Shown one piece after another: positions 36,927-49,820 of a stretch of 64,000 nucleotides of DNA. The DNA is taken from NCBI GenBank assembly GCA_030390025.1, contig CM059452.1, forward strand, positions 8,680,001 to 8,744,000. The letters run 5' to 3'. Both the position numbers and the translations under genes were made by a program. The number at the start of each line of letters is the position of its first letter. Positions within the stretch are counted from its first letter, which is position 1. The DNA comes from Squalus acanthias. Lineage: Eukaryota. Under the pieces are notes generated by a model. It ran no database searches, was not told where the DNA came from, and saw only the letters and a list, made by a program, of their open reading frames with translations.

Positions 36927-37246
36927 GGTCACTGTACGAGGTGTCCAGAGACCACAGTAGTACACAGCAGTACACGGCACTGTCAGCGAGCTGCAGCTCA
37001 TTCAGGGTGAAAACACTAGTAGTTTTAGACTTTTCCAGAATAACAGAGAAACGACCGTTAACTTCGTCCTTTCCAAAGGAATGTGCCTGAATTACAAAAG
37101 TCGGAGCCTTGTTCTGGCTCTGACGGTAAAGCTGCAGGGAATAAATCGAATCTGAGGTTGAATAGTTACAATTAATGCTCATCGAGCTTCCTTCCGGATA
37201 TTGGGCTTCTGTTGGTCACTGCCCGAAGAGTCTCCAGAACTCAGTC
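36927..37246 (-). pseudogene. Family C V pseudogene
   Basis: 1-nt deletion near the exon start, 10-nt duplication at YYC, heptamer deleted. Nonamer ACAGTGACC at 36935-36927. Confidence 0.85.
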
Positions 37247-38329
37247 CTGCAGAAAACATTCCTGGTTACCAATGGAAGCACAGAGAAGCACAGATCACAC
37301 GTTTCTCATTCTTTAAGAATATATCTATCTATCTCTCTGTGAATACACAGGGAGACAAAGGGACAGAACGAGACAGAATCGGTTTAATGGCTAGATAAAG
37401 ATAGATGGACAGGTTGCTAAACAGACAGACAGACAGAGAGGCATATAGACAGACAGAAAGGCAGAAAGATAGGGAGAGGGACAGACATAGATACAGAGGG
37501 ACCAACAGAAAAGCAGGCAGATAGACAGGTAGACAGACAGTCAGAGAGACGGACAGAGACAGACAGACAATTAGACAGACAGATGGATAGACATAGAGAT
37601 CGATGAATAGAAGAGAGGGAGGGAGACCGAGAGAGAGAGGCAAAGAGAAAGACAGAGAGAGAGAACGAGAGAGAGAAACAAAGAGAGAGAGAGAGAGAGA
37701 GAGAGAACTAGGCAGACCTAGAGGTCGCTGACGAGCAGACAGTGGTGTCAATAGTGGAATGGACAAAGAGACGCAGCTCTGTAAATAAATAAACCAACCG
37801 AATAACAACGTCGTTAGGCTCCAAACAACGAAAAGCCCAAACTCCGTAGTCTCCCCACACTGGGAGCCCGCACTTCACCCGGTGCCTCCTCCTAGTTGCA
37901 GCTCTCGGACTGAAGCGGAGAATTTGAAGTGTTTCTGTCAACACACGGAGTCCCGTCATTTCCTGAATCAAACCAAGAGCCTGGTTTCAATGAGTTGCCG
38001 CTGATCATTGTCGCTGTCTGTGTTCATCATCACTGCCCGCGGCCCCGGCACACAGGCTCCCGGACATCTGATCATCCGATCCCGGGAATGGGTGAAGATT
38101 CTGTCTGACTGTTACCAGCCTTGCACACAATATCCTGGACACATCCCGGAACTGCTCGGAAAGGGGGGAAAAACCTTCGGACTGAAGCTTATTCTCATTT
38201 TAACCGTGTTTTGAAACCGACGCTCAATCGATTTTACGGTTTTCTTGTTGATAGAACATGTTCCATTTGATAGAAATGAAAATCAGACACGATGTTGTGG
38301 CAATGTCACAACCTCGGAGTTTAAACTCG

Positions 38330-38820
38330 AGCCTTTTTGTCTGTGTGTTTTTCTGTCTGTATTTTTGAGTGTGAATGTATGTGTCTGTATGTGTGGTTAT
38401 GTGCTTGTGTCTGTGTGTGTTTATCTGTCTGTCTCTGTTTATCTGTGCATGTTTGTCTGTGTGTCGGTATGTGTGATTCTCTGTGTTTGTGTTTGCAGTG
38501 CTCGAAGTGAGGCTTGTACAGGACACAGGAGGGCGCATTCTGATCATTTGTTAAAGATCTTTCATCTTAAACAACACAGCTGAATATACATAAGTATCCT
38601 CCACAACATATCAACTAGTTGTGTGCATCTCGGTTTATGTCGTGTGTGTATGTGTATGTGTGTGTATGTGTCTCTATGTATATGGTGTCTGTGCGTGTGT
38701 GAGTGTGTATATGAAGGGTATGTGTGTGATGTATGTGTGTGTGTGTGTGTCTATCTGTGTATGGGTGTCTGTGTGTGTATGTGTATGACTGTCTGTGCAT
38801 GTGTGTATGTGTATATGGAT
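38330..38820. repeat. (TG)n-rich tracts
   Basis: Degenerate TG microsatellites, each followed by a CTCF-like ACAGGAGGGCGC (38523-38537, 38867-38881). Confidence 0.8.
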
Positions 38821-39069
38821 ATCTATTTGTCCTTTTTGCGAATATGCTACACCATGCTTGTACTATCCACAGGAGGGCGCTCTCTGATCACTTTATAAAG
38901 ATGATGATCCCAACATAAAGGAAGTGGCTGTTCAGACCTATACAAATGGGCGGGGAGCAGAAATCCAAACCGATCTGATGAGATCCCTGCGCTGGTTCAG
39001 TTGATCCCATTCCAAGCCCGGTATAGGCAATGATCACAGTCTCTTGTTTCTGGAGTTCAGACTAAAACC

Positions 39070-39541
39070 ATGGAGGTGAAACTCTGCCTGACTCTGGTTA
39101 TTGTCCTGATCACAGTTCGGTGATATTGGAACCATCCTATAACATTCTCCAATCCCCCTCTACATCTCCGGGAGATTATTCTCTTTCTGTTACTCCGTCT
39201 AACCCGGTGTGTGCCCGCTGTTTATTTTCAGAGATGAGTAACAGAGACTTGGTGTCCCAGTCAGTACAAGGAGTCGGATCAGAAGAGGGTGCAGATTCAG
39301 CAATAACCTGCAGTTACTCTGTATCGGGTTCAGCTACAAGCTATGGCCTGTTCTGGTATCGCCAGTTTCCCCACAAAGCCCCTCAGTATCTGCTCAGAAC
39401 CGATAGTTATGGGAATAACGAGACGGCTCCGGGCTTTGAACACTTCAGCGGGAATCTCAACCGGACACACGGCACTTTTCACTTATCCATGAAAGGCTTG
39501 AAGATCGCAGACAGCGCCGTGTATTACTGTGCCCTGAGACC
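39070..39541 (+). CDS. TCR alpha/delta-type V segment; open V exon, splice donor ambiguous
   Basis: Leader MEVKLCLTLVIVLIT from 39070, V exon 39232-39541 (..ITCSY..LFWYRQ..DSAVYYCALR). RSS CACAGTG(39542-39548)-23-ACAAAAACA(39572-39580). Confidence 0.8.
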
Positions 39542-40507
39542 CACAGTGAATAAGGGACCCTCTATCCTCATACAAAAACATGACACATCGGCAACAAGGG
39601 TGGGCTCCGGGAAAATACCAGGGATTGAATCCCAGAGAGTTTGTCGAGGAAATAAATGTGAAAATACTGCCTGATCCGAGCGGTTTTCTCTCATTAAATT
39701 CATTGCTGTCAGTGTTGGGGTAAATGACGTCTCGCTATCATTTTAATGCAGCGTCAAATTGAGACATTTCCAGCTCCCTGTTAGCTCAGACATGCAGATC
39801 TCTGGGATGAATAACAGGATCAATCTGTACAAGTAAGAATCCTGGATATGGTGCATATCTGCCAAGTGACATCTTTCAAAAGCGATCTAATCTCAGAGTC
39901 GGCCTCGGGGGCGTCACACTTCCAAACTTCTGGGATTCCAGTGGTAAAACATAGTGACTGACTGAAATCAGCACTTTACTGGAACAAGTTGAGCCTCAGT
40001 GGTATCACATCCCGGTGTGACTATTTAACATGCCCGCGTGGCTTTAGGACTGTAACTATTAATGATGTTGATGGATTGGAGGGTATTCTTTAATACCAGG
40101 GCTTGAGACTAATTTGGAATTATTTTACTTTTCACCTTAATTAGAGAGAGATCTACCTATCTATATATAGAGACATTGAGTTCCACAGAAAGAGAGACAA
40201 AGCGAGAAAGAGACAGAAAGACTGACAAAGAGACACAGGGCAAGAGAGTGAGACAGGGAGAAAGACACACAGACACTGACAGGAAAGGAAAGTGTTTGGA
40301 GAGAGCCAGGAGTAATTGGTCCTCAACTAACACTGATTGGTCCACAGCTGACGTCAGTTCTGTATGACCAGCCAATCCGGGCCCTGAGAAACGCCCCTCG
40401 GTTTCCAAATAGGTGAAGCCTGCCGCTGAGTTGGGTTTACTGTTTAGTATCAGACTACAACGGTTCAAAACATCCTGCTATTTTCTGTCGAACTCTAACC
40501 AAATACT

Positions 40508-40945
40508 ATGTGCTCCCTATGTTCCTTACTGATAATAATGGTCGTGCTGCCCGGTGAGTCTATGTTTACAGGGTCAGTGTGTGTTCCATGGGTTATATTT
40601 ACTCCCAGCATTTTGTCACATTCTTTATTTTGTTACAGGAACGAGTGGCAAAGACTCAGTGTCCCAGCATCCTTCGGAGTTAAGGGTTCAGGAAGGACAG
40701 ACCATAATACTGAACTGCAGTTACTCCACAACCGATCCCCTTCCTTACCTCTTCTGGTACATCCAATACCCCGGGGAAGCTCCGAGATATTTACTGAAGA
40801 GATACGGCAAGGGGCAGGGGGATAAGTCTCCAGATTTCCCAGACCGGTTCTCTGCTGATTTGGACCAAGACAAGAAAACGGTTCCTTTAATTGTCTCCGG
40901 GGCTCTTGTCTCTGACTCCGCCGTGTATTTCTGTGCGCTGACCCC
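40508..40945 (+). CDS. TCR alpha-type V segment, family E, intact
   Basis: Leader 40508-40553, V exon 40639-40945 (..LNCSY..LFWYIQYP..DSAVYFCALT). RSS CACACTG(40946-40952)-23-ACAAAAACC(40976-40984). Confidence 0.92.
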
Positions 40946-42055
40946 CACACTGTTACAGGGGCGCAGTCACTCCGTACAAAAACCAGCAAAGGACTCTCAC
41001 TCCCTCTCACTGAATCAGATCTGGGACCTGGATTGTGATAATACAACAGAACCAAACTATAAAAATTAAACGATGGATAAATAAATAGGTGAATAGATAA
41101 CTAAGTAGGTAGACCGTCAGAGAATACATAGTCTCCCTCTCTTAACCTCCTCTCCCAATGATCCCTTCCTCCTTTGTTTGAAAGTATCCATCCCATGGCG
41201 ACAAAACCCAGCCCGTGTGAATTGCGGCTGCGGCGTCTGCGAGTGTAAAACGCGATGTGTTTCACTGCTCAGTCAGGGGTTTGTTATTATTAGTTTAGGA
41301 GCTGAATGATGAGATAGTTGGACACTAGCGCTGTTCCAATCATCACCCGAGTTCCGGACTGCAATTACACCAAGAGATTGTTAAGCTCGCGAAGTGTATA
41401 AAAAAGTTAACTCTGAATATTACTTTCAATGAAACTGTGGAAGTAGAACCAGGGGACGCAGGTTCAAACTATGAATAGTCAGCTTAGGACTGAAATCAGG
41501 AAATTCTTCAGACACATTATGATTTACCTCTTGGTGTTCGCACCGTCCCATTCTGCTCAAACCTGCCAGTCACTCTCCATTTTATTCATGTTAAAAGTAG
41601 CATTCGTCTAATTTACCGCATCGTTGTGTTCAAATCCTTCATGACCCCCCTTTATATCGGCTGTGGTTAGTTCTAATGGTCAGTGAGCAGCTTCTTTGAT
41701 GGGAAGCTCCGTCACTGCTGCCAGAACAACATTAACTGTTTCCCTTCACTGCTCTCACTTTACAGATGGACCCTGTTAAAGAGCCAACATTGGGTTTAAT
41801 CCCCTCCCTGTGAGAAAAAAACATTTCACCCCGTTCTTTGTTCCCCGCTCTGACGCCATGAATTGGAGCTGATTGGTTGAATTGGGAACAAAGGAACTGT
41901 GAGCTGATTGGTTGACTTGGAGAACAAAGGACTCTCTCACGAATGAACCAATCGGCAGAGAGGCCGGATATTACTCAAATGATTCCCAACACTTGATTTA
42001 AAAAAATTCAGGTTCAACCTGTTCTGTTCAAATCTGTCATCAACTCTTTGCAAAC

Positions 42056-42694
42056 ATGTCGGGTGTTACATTTTATTTATTCGTCACAGCTGCAGCTCTC
42101 TTCACTGGTAAGTTCACAAGTTACACAACATTGTGTTTCACATCTGCATCATACATTATATTTAATCGGTCAGTTCCCAGAACACAAGAATATCAATAGA
42201 TTGATCCAAAGTGAAGAAAACCATCCGGATCCACCTTGACTCAACACTGAACACTGTTTGGGGAAACTGGACAATCTCCCCCAGTGAATGAAAGCGGAAG
42301 AGTTGTGGTTATATTACAGGCGAACGGCAGACAGATAGACACAGTGAAGTGACATTGTTTAATTTAATATTACTCTGGGCTCTTGCAGGACATTGTCGAG
42401 GAGACTCCGTTTCACAGACACCGGCTACAACCACAGTCAGTGAAGGAGACGATGTCAGTTGCACTGTAATTATACAGCTACAAGCAGCAGCGATCCTAAC
42501 CTATTCTGGTACCGTCAGTATCCCAGCGGATCCATAGAGTATCTGCTGAAGAGAAGCAAATATGGCGAGCAACAAGAGACACGTCCAGGAGTCCGTTTTT
42601 CAGCGAAGCTCAATGATTCGAGCCGAACCGTCCCGCTGAAAGTGTCTGAAACACAACTGACAGACTCCGCGGTGTATTACTGCGCACTGAGCCC
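42056..42694 (+). pseudogene. TCR V segment with a single 1-nt frameshift in FR1
   Basis: Leader 42056-42107, exon 42389-42694, frame break at about 42459 (AGT TG CAC TGT). RSS CACAGAG(42695-42701)-23-ACAAAAACT(42725-42733). Confidence 0.8.
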
Positions 42695-42849
42695 CACAGA
42701 GACACGGAGCTGGGCTGGACCTGTACAAAAACTGTCAGAGCGTCGCTCAACATATCAGCGCGTCAGGGGACATTGTGATCAGGGGCGAGTCTCAGCTGGT
42801 CCCTGTATTTGTGATTAGACATTGTGCTGTTAATTCTAATATATAGGTG

Positions 42850-43105
42850 TCTTTATTCCTGCAATTTGTCTCTTTTTAAGTATTTATCCAATTCCCCTTT
42901 GAAAGTCATTATTGAATTTGCTTCCACCGCCCTTTCAGGCAGTGAATTCCAGATCACAACAACTCACTGAGTAAAAAAACAAATCTCCTCATCTCCTCTC
43001 TGGATCTTTTGCCCAGTATCTTCAATGTGTTTGTCCTCTGGGTACCGACCCTGCTGCCAGTGGAAACAGTTTCTCCTTATTTACTTTATCAAAACTCTTC
43101 ATATA
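42850..43105 (-). mobile_element. Degenerate CR1 3' fragment
   Basis: Similar to 13370-13590. Confidence 0.55.
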
Positions 43106-43253
43106 TTTCTGTTTGGATACAGTCACTCTGAGAACTCCTATTCTGAAATGCTATCCCGCTTTTGTTGTGTGAGCGACAATCTCACCGCCTGTTGGGATTT
43201 ATTACTCACAGTTATTTGAACTTTATCTAAACGTTTAACTCTCTGTCCATTAG

Positions 43254-43558
43254 ACAGCGTCCTTGGATGGATCGCTCATTGGCCAATGGGAGAGGTGACC
43301 GCTCAGGAGGGAGAGATCGCGACAATAACCTGCTCCTATACAGAGGTGACCAGGGTTTGCCTGTCCTGGTACCAGGAGGGTCGGTCCGTGGGCCCGGAGA
43401 ATATCCTCATCCGCTGCACCGACCGGTTCAGTGACGATGCGAACTTTGCAAGACGGCGCTTCACCTCATCTTTGGCCAAAACTTACAGAGCCGTCAGTTT
43501 AAGCGTTTCACAGCTGACAGCTGCGGATTCCAGGAAATACTTCTGGGTCATAACACCG
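43254..43558 (+). pseudogene. Family F V exon; second canonical Cys replaced by Trp, extra Cys pair
   Basis: ..ITCSY..VCLSWYQ..IRCTD..DSRKYFWVITP. RSS CACACGG(43559-43565)-23-ACAATAAAC(43589-43597). Leader relic contains a stop. Confidence 0.75.
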
Positions 43559-43890
43559 CACACGGTGCTGTATTTAGGGTAAGAGCCGACAATAAACTAC
43601 AGGTGCTCCGCGGCAGACTGCGACAGTGAATTCTCTGGTTTATTGTATCTCATGGTCCAATGTCACTGTGTAGTCTGACGGAGAAGGACAACAATTCTTC
43701 CATTCAAAATGTATCCTCAACTTGTCATAAACAGACAGACCGTTGTGTGGGCGAATGATGTTGTTATTGTTGACCACAGATTGAAAATCTCTGGGAAGTC
43801 CCTGGATTCTCAAATCCCTTTGACCCTCCACAGGAATCTGAGCCAACAACACTTTCTACAGAACATTCCACATTCTCGCTTCCCTTTGAA

Positions 43891-44337
43891 AGAAAGACTT
43901 GCATTTCTATAGCGCCTTTCACAACCAGCGGATTCCCAAAGCGCTTTACAGCCAATGAAGTACTTTTTGAAGTGTAGTCACTGTTGTAATGTAGGAAACG
44001 CGGCAGCCAATTTGCGCACAGCAAGCTCCCACAAACAGCAACATGATAATGACCACATAATCTGTTTACTAATGTTGCTTGAGGGATAAATATTGACCAA
44101 GATAACTCCTCTGCTCTTTTTCGAAATATTGGGATTCATTACGTCCTCCTGAGTGGTCAGAAAGGGCCTCGGTTTAACATCTCATCCGAAAGACGACACC
44201 TCCGACAGTGCAGCACTCCCTCAGTACTGACATCGGGAGGGTGCGCCTAGATTTTGTGCTCAGGTCTCTGGAGTGTGACTTGAACCCACAATGTTCTGAC
44301 TCAGAGGCGAGAGTGCTGCCAACTGAGCCAAGGCTGA
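43891..44337 (-). mobile_element. tRNA-derived DeuSINE (SacSINE1-like)
   Basis: Inverted homolog of 63462-63920, with the core GTCTTTCGGATGAGA. Confidence 0.8.
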
Positions 44338-46228
44338 CCCCCGAGTACTTGTAGATTAGACCTTATTCTGTTCATTATAATACATATGTACCTTTATTAA
44401 TAATAAATGTATAATATTTCTATACAAATGTAGCTAGATGAGCGAAATGCCTTTATTGAGGTAACCAGGCTGATGACTGACAGACAGATGGACAGCGGCC
44501 TCTCTGGGCCTCGCTCACTTGTTCTCCCTCAGCAGGGGGGTGGGGCAGCTTGTATCAGGGTTTCCCCAGTGCAGACACAGAACAATGATCACGGGCATCC
44601 GGCACCAGTTGAACTGAAAGGAAATGAAAGTCAGTTGTTATGAATGCGGATTGCGGGTTGTTGTTGTTTGTGTGCGGATCAGAAAGGGTCAAATCTCCCA
44701 GCGGAAACTGTGAATTTCCAAGCTCCACTTCATCTAATTAATTTTTGTCCTTGTAAGTGTTGATGTACAAGGCTCGACATTCGCCATCAGCATCACCGCA
44801 ACAGACCTCCCCATAAATGGACACTGGGAACTGCCCGATACACACACTTATTGTCTGTTTTCACCCAGTATCCGAACAATGTAAAAGGTCTCGTCGTATC
44901 CGCCAGAGGGCGCCGTGGTCCCAAGTTTCTCGCTGCTCCCTCGGGACTCGAACCATTGTTCTTCCTGATTTGTGTAAACGCATCATAATTTCAAAGCCTA
45001 CTGCGTTTGTGTTCGTGCGTTTGTGTTCGTGCGATTCAGCAAAGTTTCCCCCCATCTCTTTTAATTGTCAGCTATTCATCGTCACAATCTCTACCACGCT
45101 TATTAATTATTTCCTTATACTGCAAATCTTAAAGCGACTGCGAGTGACATCTTTGGTAGGCTGCCGTTTGAAAAAAAAACCCTTACATATTAAAATCTGC
45201 AATGAATGACACACTCAGAGAGACGGGACTGTAACCCGGGTGAGGAGTATCTCCCGTGTCAATAACCACCATTTCCCTTCCCATGTGATTAATTTCAGCA
45301 CAGTGGAATGGCGCCTCCTGTGAGTTTCAGGCAGACATCAATCTAACGGGTTCAGCAGATATTTGGGGAAGGGGCTCATATTCCCCTCCGAGCAATTACC
45401 AACACAGTCGGGTGATGGCGGTCAGATATTATCTCGAAGTGACAATATATCGGTTTGAAAGTAGATGAAGCTGTTGTTTATTTCAATCACTGCCACTAAT
45501 CAGACTGCGGTGGTTGACGGGGAGTCGGGTTTGATTAACCTGCTGGGGACCCATAGTGGGAAGATTTCCTCTGGTCTCTCTCTGGAAATCTCATCCACAA
45601 GTTGTTTTAACGAAATCGCAAGCTGATTATTTTAGAATGTGTTCACTATTTCGTTAGAAGTAGCGACCAGAGTAAATCTACCGCACAGAGCGGATAGTTC
45701 AGTGTAAACAAAATTGTTACAGGAGAAGGAAGTTAATGCTCTCGGTGATCCGTCACACACGACATAAAATAAACAAACACTCAGTGTGACGAATTCGGGC
45801 CCATTAAATAAATCCCCAAACCTCAGCAAAGCTGAAACTTTCTTCACACCATAGGCAGCGCTCACTGAGTGACTGGCTTCACCTTCAGATACTTTATGCT
45901 GTGGTTCAAAGGGTTTCAACTGAGCCATGAGCCGCAATTGAATCTCATTTCAATATATGGCGGGTGTATTGGAGAAGGTGTCATTGGAGGGGGACAATGA
46001 GAGCAGGAAGTGACGCGTGGACTATGTCACTGGAAGTAGCGACCAGAGGAAATCTGCTGCACAGAGCGGACACCTCGGTGTAGAAACGAATGTTGCAGGA
46101 GCATGACATTATTGCTCTCGTTGAGCCGTCATACACCGACAGGAATTAAACCAACACTCTGACGAGGTCGATTCCGGTCCGGAATTGGGATTTTCAAGAG
46201 ACCGACAGGTTCGGGCTCGGCAGCGGCC

Positions 46229-46683
46229 ATGCGGATATTCAGCGCCTGGGTTGTGTTTTGGGTGTTTATTGTCGGTAAGGATCAATCCAATCATGTCGTA
46301 TTCAAACTAATGTGTTAATATTATTTCAGCTTTTAATACTCGGTCTTATCTTGTTCCTGAACACATGTTACAGATCAGAGTGATGGAGATTCTGTTACTC
46401 AGTCCCAGACTTCAGTCAGCAGCAGAGAAGGTGAAGCAGTGACTATAAGATGCACCTATAGTACCACAGCCAACGACTATTATTTATATTGGTACCGGGA
46501 ACAACCAGAGAAGCAGCCCCAGTTTGTATTAAGGAGATGGTCTTCGGACACAGAGGTTCGGAGACGAGTGGGTTTCGGAATCCGTTTCTCTGCTGAGCTC
46601 CACACCTCGACTAAATTCACCAGTTTAACCATCTCCGGGCTGCAGCTGACTGACGCTGCCGTGTATTACTGCGCCCTGGGACT
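46229..46683 (+). CDS. TCR alpha/delta-type V segment, intact, chimeric 3' end
   Basis: Leader 46229-46274 (MRIFSAWVVFWVFIV), V exon 46374-46683. RSS CACAGTG(46684-46690)-23-ACGAAAACT(46714-46722). Confidence 0.9.
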
Positions 46684-47034
46684 CACAGTGATGGAAAGCA
46701 GTCTCACCCCCGTACGAAAACTACCATTGGACGGTAGGGCGGAGCTCCTGTCTGTTGGGGTTGTGTAGCATCGCGGGCAGATGCAGCCACAATGTGCAGC
46801 GCGCTGTCAGGCGCTCAAACACACACCGAGAGGAAACCAAATTAACCTCGGATCAAACTGTCACCCAACTGTTTCCAGGAGCGGCCGAGAAAACAAACTG
46901 CAGAATCCAATCGGCCCGAAAGATCGATCACAGAATGAACCGACCGGTTAAACTGTCCTTTCTGCTTCTGATCAGCTGTTTTCCCTTTAAAATCATGGAT
47001 CGATGTTCAGATTTGCTCCGAGAAAGTGGTCGCT

Positions 47035-47205
47035 TACACTCAAACGTCACTCAAAAATCGCCGAAACAAGTCACCCAATCATGGCCGACGGCACGTCACT
47101 CAAACATGGCTGACGGCACATCACTTCAACATGTCCGACAGCACGTCACACAAACATGGCCGACCCGCGTCACACAGACTGCAGACTGACGTCACGCAAA
47201 CACAG
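47035..47205. repeat. Degenerate tandem repeat of about 25 bp, rich in ACGTCA
   Basis: Unit approximates CACGTCACTCAAACATGGCTGACGG. Confidence 0.65.
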
Positions 47206-48019
47206 AGCGGGAGAGACTAACGCTGACTGAAGCTCAATGTTACATTACATATTCTTCAAGTGGATTTTTTTGTGATTATGTAGATGAAGATGTTCAGCGT
47301 GTTTCTCTCACTGTCAGTAATCAGGCTGAGGTGGTTGACGGGGCTCGGGTTTGATTAACCTTCTGCTGGGGGCAAAGAAGGGAAAGATTTCCTCTGGTCT
47401 CCCTGTGTTAGCGAAATCCCAAACACAGCGGGAAATCTCGTCTGATTGCTAGTTTAGTAGAATCGTCATTCATTCTTTTAGAACGCATTCACTATGTCAC
47501 TGGAAGTAGCGACCAGAGGAAATCTGCCGCACAGAGTGGACACCTCGGTGTAGAAACGAATGTTACAGGAGAATGAAATTATTGCTCTCGTTGAGCCGTC
47601 ATACACCGACAGAAATTAAACCAACACTCAGAAAAGGGAAGGTTCAGAGCCCTTTCAATATAATCCCAAATCTAAGCAAAGCTGCACACTTCTGTGCTGG
47701 TTTAAGGGGTGTGAAAATGAAACAAACACAGCGGCAGTGAAGAGGGAAACTTGAAATTGAACACACATTACACGGTACATTGGCCTATTAAACCTGCGCG
47801 GGTTTCTTCCTGTTCATCCCTCATTATAGAGTGAATGAAATCTAAAACCATACTCCTTTATTCAGAGCTGTTGGGAGCTGCCCTGTCGGAATATTCTGTC
47901 CTGACAGTAACTGTCCTAATCAGACCATCACAGGCGGGTATTCCGGCCACACACGGTTCTATTTAAACACGGTGTGCTGCAGTTTTTGTACAGGACGAGC
48001 ACAGAGCTGTGCAGCTGTG

Positions 48020-48463
48020 GGTCTCAGAGCGCAGTAATACACGGCGCCGTCTGACAGCTCCGCCCCAGAAACTGTCAGCCGAACCGCGCCCTCCTCTGCG
48101 CTCAGCTCTGCTGTAAAACGGTCCTTGGCGAAGTGGACTGGCAACGTGTTGTATTTGGTGATAAGCAAGACGTTTACCGGAGGCCGACCGGGAATTTGCC
48201 GGGACCAGAAAAGCTCAGGGTTTGTATCTGTTGTTGTAAAACTACAATTCAGCGTCACCGCTTCTCCTTCCCGCACCATCCTGGTCGAATAGTCTTGGTG
48301 CACGGAATCGCCGCCAACGCTGTTGGCTGGAAGAGAAATTGATCATTTATAAATATCCGCCCCTCTAACCGGACCTATTGGTGTGTTTTCTACTCGGATT
48401 CCACATGTACTTACACAGCACAGAGAGCGCCAACACCACACTGAAATAAACAGGGAAACACAT
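48020..48463 (-). CDS. TCR alpha/delta-type V segment, intact
   Basis: Leader 48463-48415 (MCFPVYFSVVLALSVL), V exon 48326-48020 (..LNCSF..LFWSRQ..DGAVYYCALR). RSS CACAGCT(48019-48013)-23-ACAAAAACT(47989-47981). Confidence 0.88.
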
Positions 48464-49299
48464 CGCTGTCCGCGGGTCACAATATGAGCATCGACCCTTT
48501 CTCTACTGTCAGCAAAAACTGCCACCAGTACCGGACCAGGCTGAGCTATTTAACCCTGTGACAAGCATAGAAAGGGAAGTGACCCTGTAACTATGTCACA
48601 TCCGTTTGTGATAATTTCACACCATCAGGGAGCGGGGAGAATTGCTCTGGTCACTGTGTGTGCAGCAACATCCGAAATGTTTCAATGGAGGTTCCTCTGG
48701 TCGGTATTTCTAGGGAAATCATAAACTCTTCCTTTTTGAATAACTGAATTTCACAAAAAACGTATTTAAGTTTCATTTAGAGGGAGACCAGAGGAAATCT
48801 TCGTGAAACAATGTACCATTCCCTGCACTCAGTGAGCAGAGAAACTATCCCCCTTCCTTAGTCATTTAGGTCATTGCATGTAGCAGTGGCATTTTACATA
48901 GACAGTGTTGAGCTGCCCTTAGCGTTACCCGGGGACAATAAATGATGTTTGATATAGCAAATAACGACCGAGAGACTATGGAAATTCACTCCACGGCGCC
49001 ACCAATTGGACGGAGCCAGAAACTACATGCTGACTGCTCTCCTTGGTCACTGTTACCGCCCAGTGTCTCTTTAACTCTCCTGAGCTCATTTCATAGACAC
49101 ATAGAATCTTACAGCACGGAAGGAGACCGTTGCCCCGTTGTGCCTGTGCTGTTAGTACCACTGCCCGGCTCTTTCCCCATAGCCCTGAAAATGTTTCCTT
49201 TTCAAATAAATATCAAATTCCATTTTCAAATTTATTTTTATAAGGAAGGCAGCATCCTACACAAGAGTTGCACCAATATATAGAGAGATAATGAAAAAA

Positions 49300-49820
49300 G
49301 GAGGCGTAAGACCCCCTGTTAACAAGGTAAGTAGTTAATTAAGTATTATTTTAAATTTTTTTCAACAGTTTTATCTTTTTTAGAGACTTTAAAGAAAGGT
49401 AAGTTTATTTTTATAACTTTTAAAAAGAATTTAAATTTTTCAAAAATTTAAATTTTTGTTTAAAGTGGTTAATTTATTTAACTATAGTTATTTTATTAAT
49501 GTGATGGTTTTTAAAAAATGTAATTGAGGTTTAGCTGTTCTTTTGGGGGCAAGTTGTATTCATAGTTTTGACAGTTCTCATGTCAAAACTATGAATGAAA
49601 GATGGTGTTCTGCCATTGGCTCTAACTGGCCCACGTGATCCCAGAGTTCGCATCAACTAACTGCGCCTCTGGGACACGCACACACTGCGCGCCGGCAACA
49701 GGGAGAGGTCCAGGAGCAGAAGTTCGTGTGGGCCCGAACCATAAAGGCAGGCGCGGAGTGCGACATCGCGGGGGATCCTTACCCCCGCGCAAACCTTTGA
49801 TCCTCGGAAATTGCTCGGAG
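49300..49820. mobile_element. Partial copy of the GGCC-TIR DNA transposon
   Basis: High similarity to the inverse of 19430-19910; termini not evident. Confidence 0.75.
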
